A stretch of DNA of 6,595 nt, taken from NCBI RefSeq assembly GCF_003334815.1, contig NZ_QOWO01000068.1; one strand, 5' to 3'. Of this stretch, positions 6,510 through 6,595 are shown one piece after another (within the stretch, counting starts at the first letter, position 1; each line of letters starts with the position of its first letter). The position numbers and the translations under genes were made by a program. This DNA comes from Escherichia coli (GTDB taxonomy: Bacteria; Pseudomonadota; Gammaproteobacteria; Enterobacterales; Enterobacteriaceae). The notes under the pieces were generated by a model. The model was not told where the DNA came from, made no database searches, and saw only the letters and a program-made list of their open reading frames with translations.

Positions 6510-6595
6510 GAGTGGGTCGATGATTCCCCAACCCGAAGTGATATCGAAAAAAGGGACAAGGAAATCACAGCGTACAAAAACACGCTCAGCGCGCA

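Noticed and set aside
4970-6523. ORFs inside tnpA' on the minus strand (4970-5383, 5223-5519, 5538-5807, 5811-6386) and plus-strand ORF 6281-6523
   Set aside because: Embedded in or overlapping the strongly supported transposase reading frame. Low-complexity translations; 6281-6523 runs through the terminal IR.
1-6595. A novel defence, toxin or otherwise undescribed system
   Set aside because: Apart from the ~300-bp stretch at 1000-1320, which holds only a weak 80-codon ORF, every segment is accounted for by oriV, the tet(A) module or transposon termini. There is no sequence space left for an additional multi-gene system.

Overview
This window is a well-characterised plasmid region, not a novel system: an IncP-alpha (RK2/RP4/RP1-type) vegetative origin oriV followed by a Tn1721-type class A tetracycline-resistance module. 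All identifications rest on reading the sequence and the ORF-track translations against remembered family features; no database search was run. Layout, left to right: (1) the last 13 codons of a Tn3-family tnpA and a 38-bp Tn21-subgroup terminal inverted repeat (39-76); (2) oriV (about 77-1000) with GC-rich hairpins, an AT-rich region of phased GGTT-AAAA repeats, nine direct TrfA-type iterons in a 5+3+1 arrangement and DnaA-box-like sites; (3) divergent tetR(A) (1320-1970, minus) and tetA(A) (2076-3275, plus, GTG start) around two palindromic tet operators; (4) a convergent pecM-like EamA/DMT transporter (3307-4191, minus); (5) a 5'-truncated isochorismatase-family gene remnant (4329-4736, minus); (6) a 5'-truncated Tn3-family transposase tnpA' (4656-6476, plus) ending in an intact 38-bp Tn1721-type inverted repeat (6472-6509) that carries an EcoRI site. 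The most informative observations are structural: two different Tn3-family termini in the same orientation bracket the oriV-tet segment, and two gene truncations mark the history of the tet module. Most other ORFs in the six-frame track are antisense or out-of-frame artefacts of high GC content.
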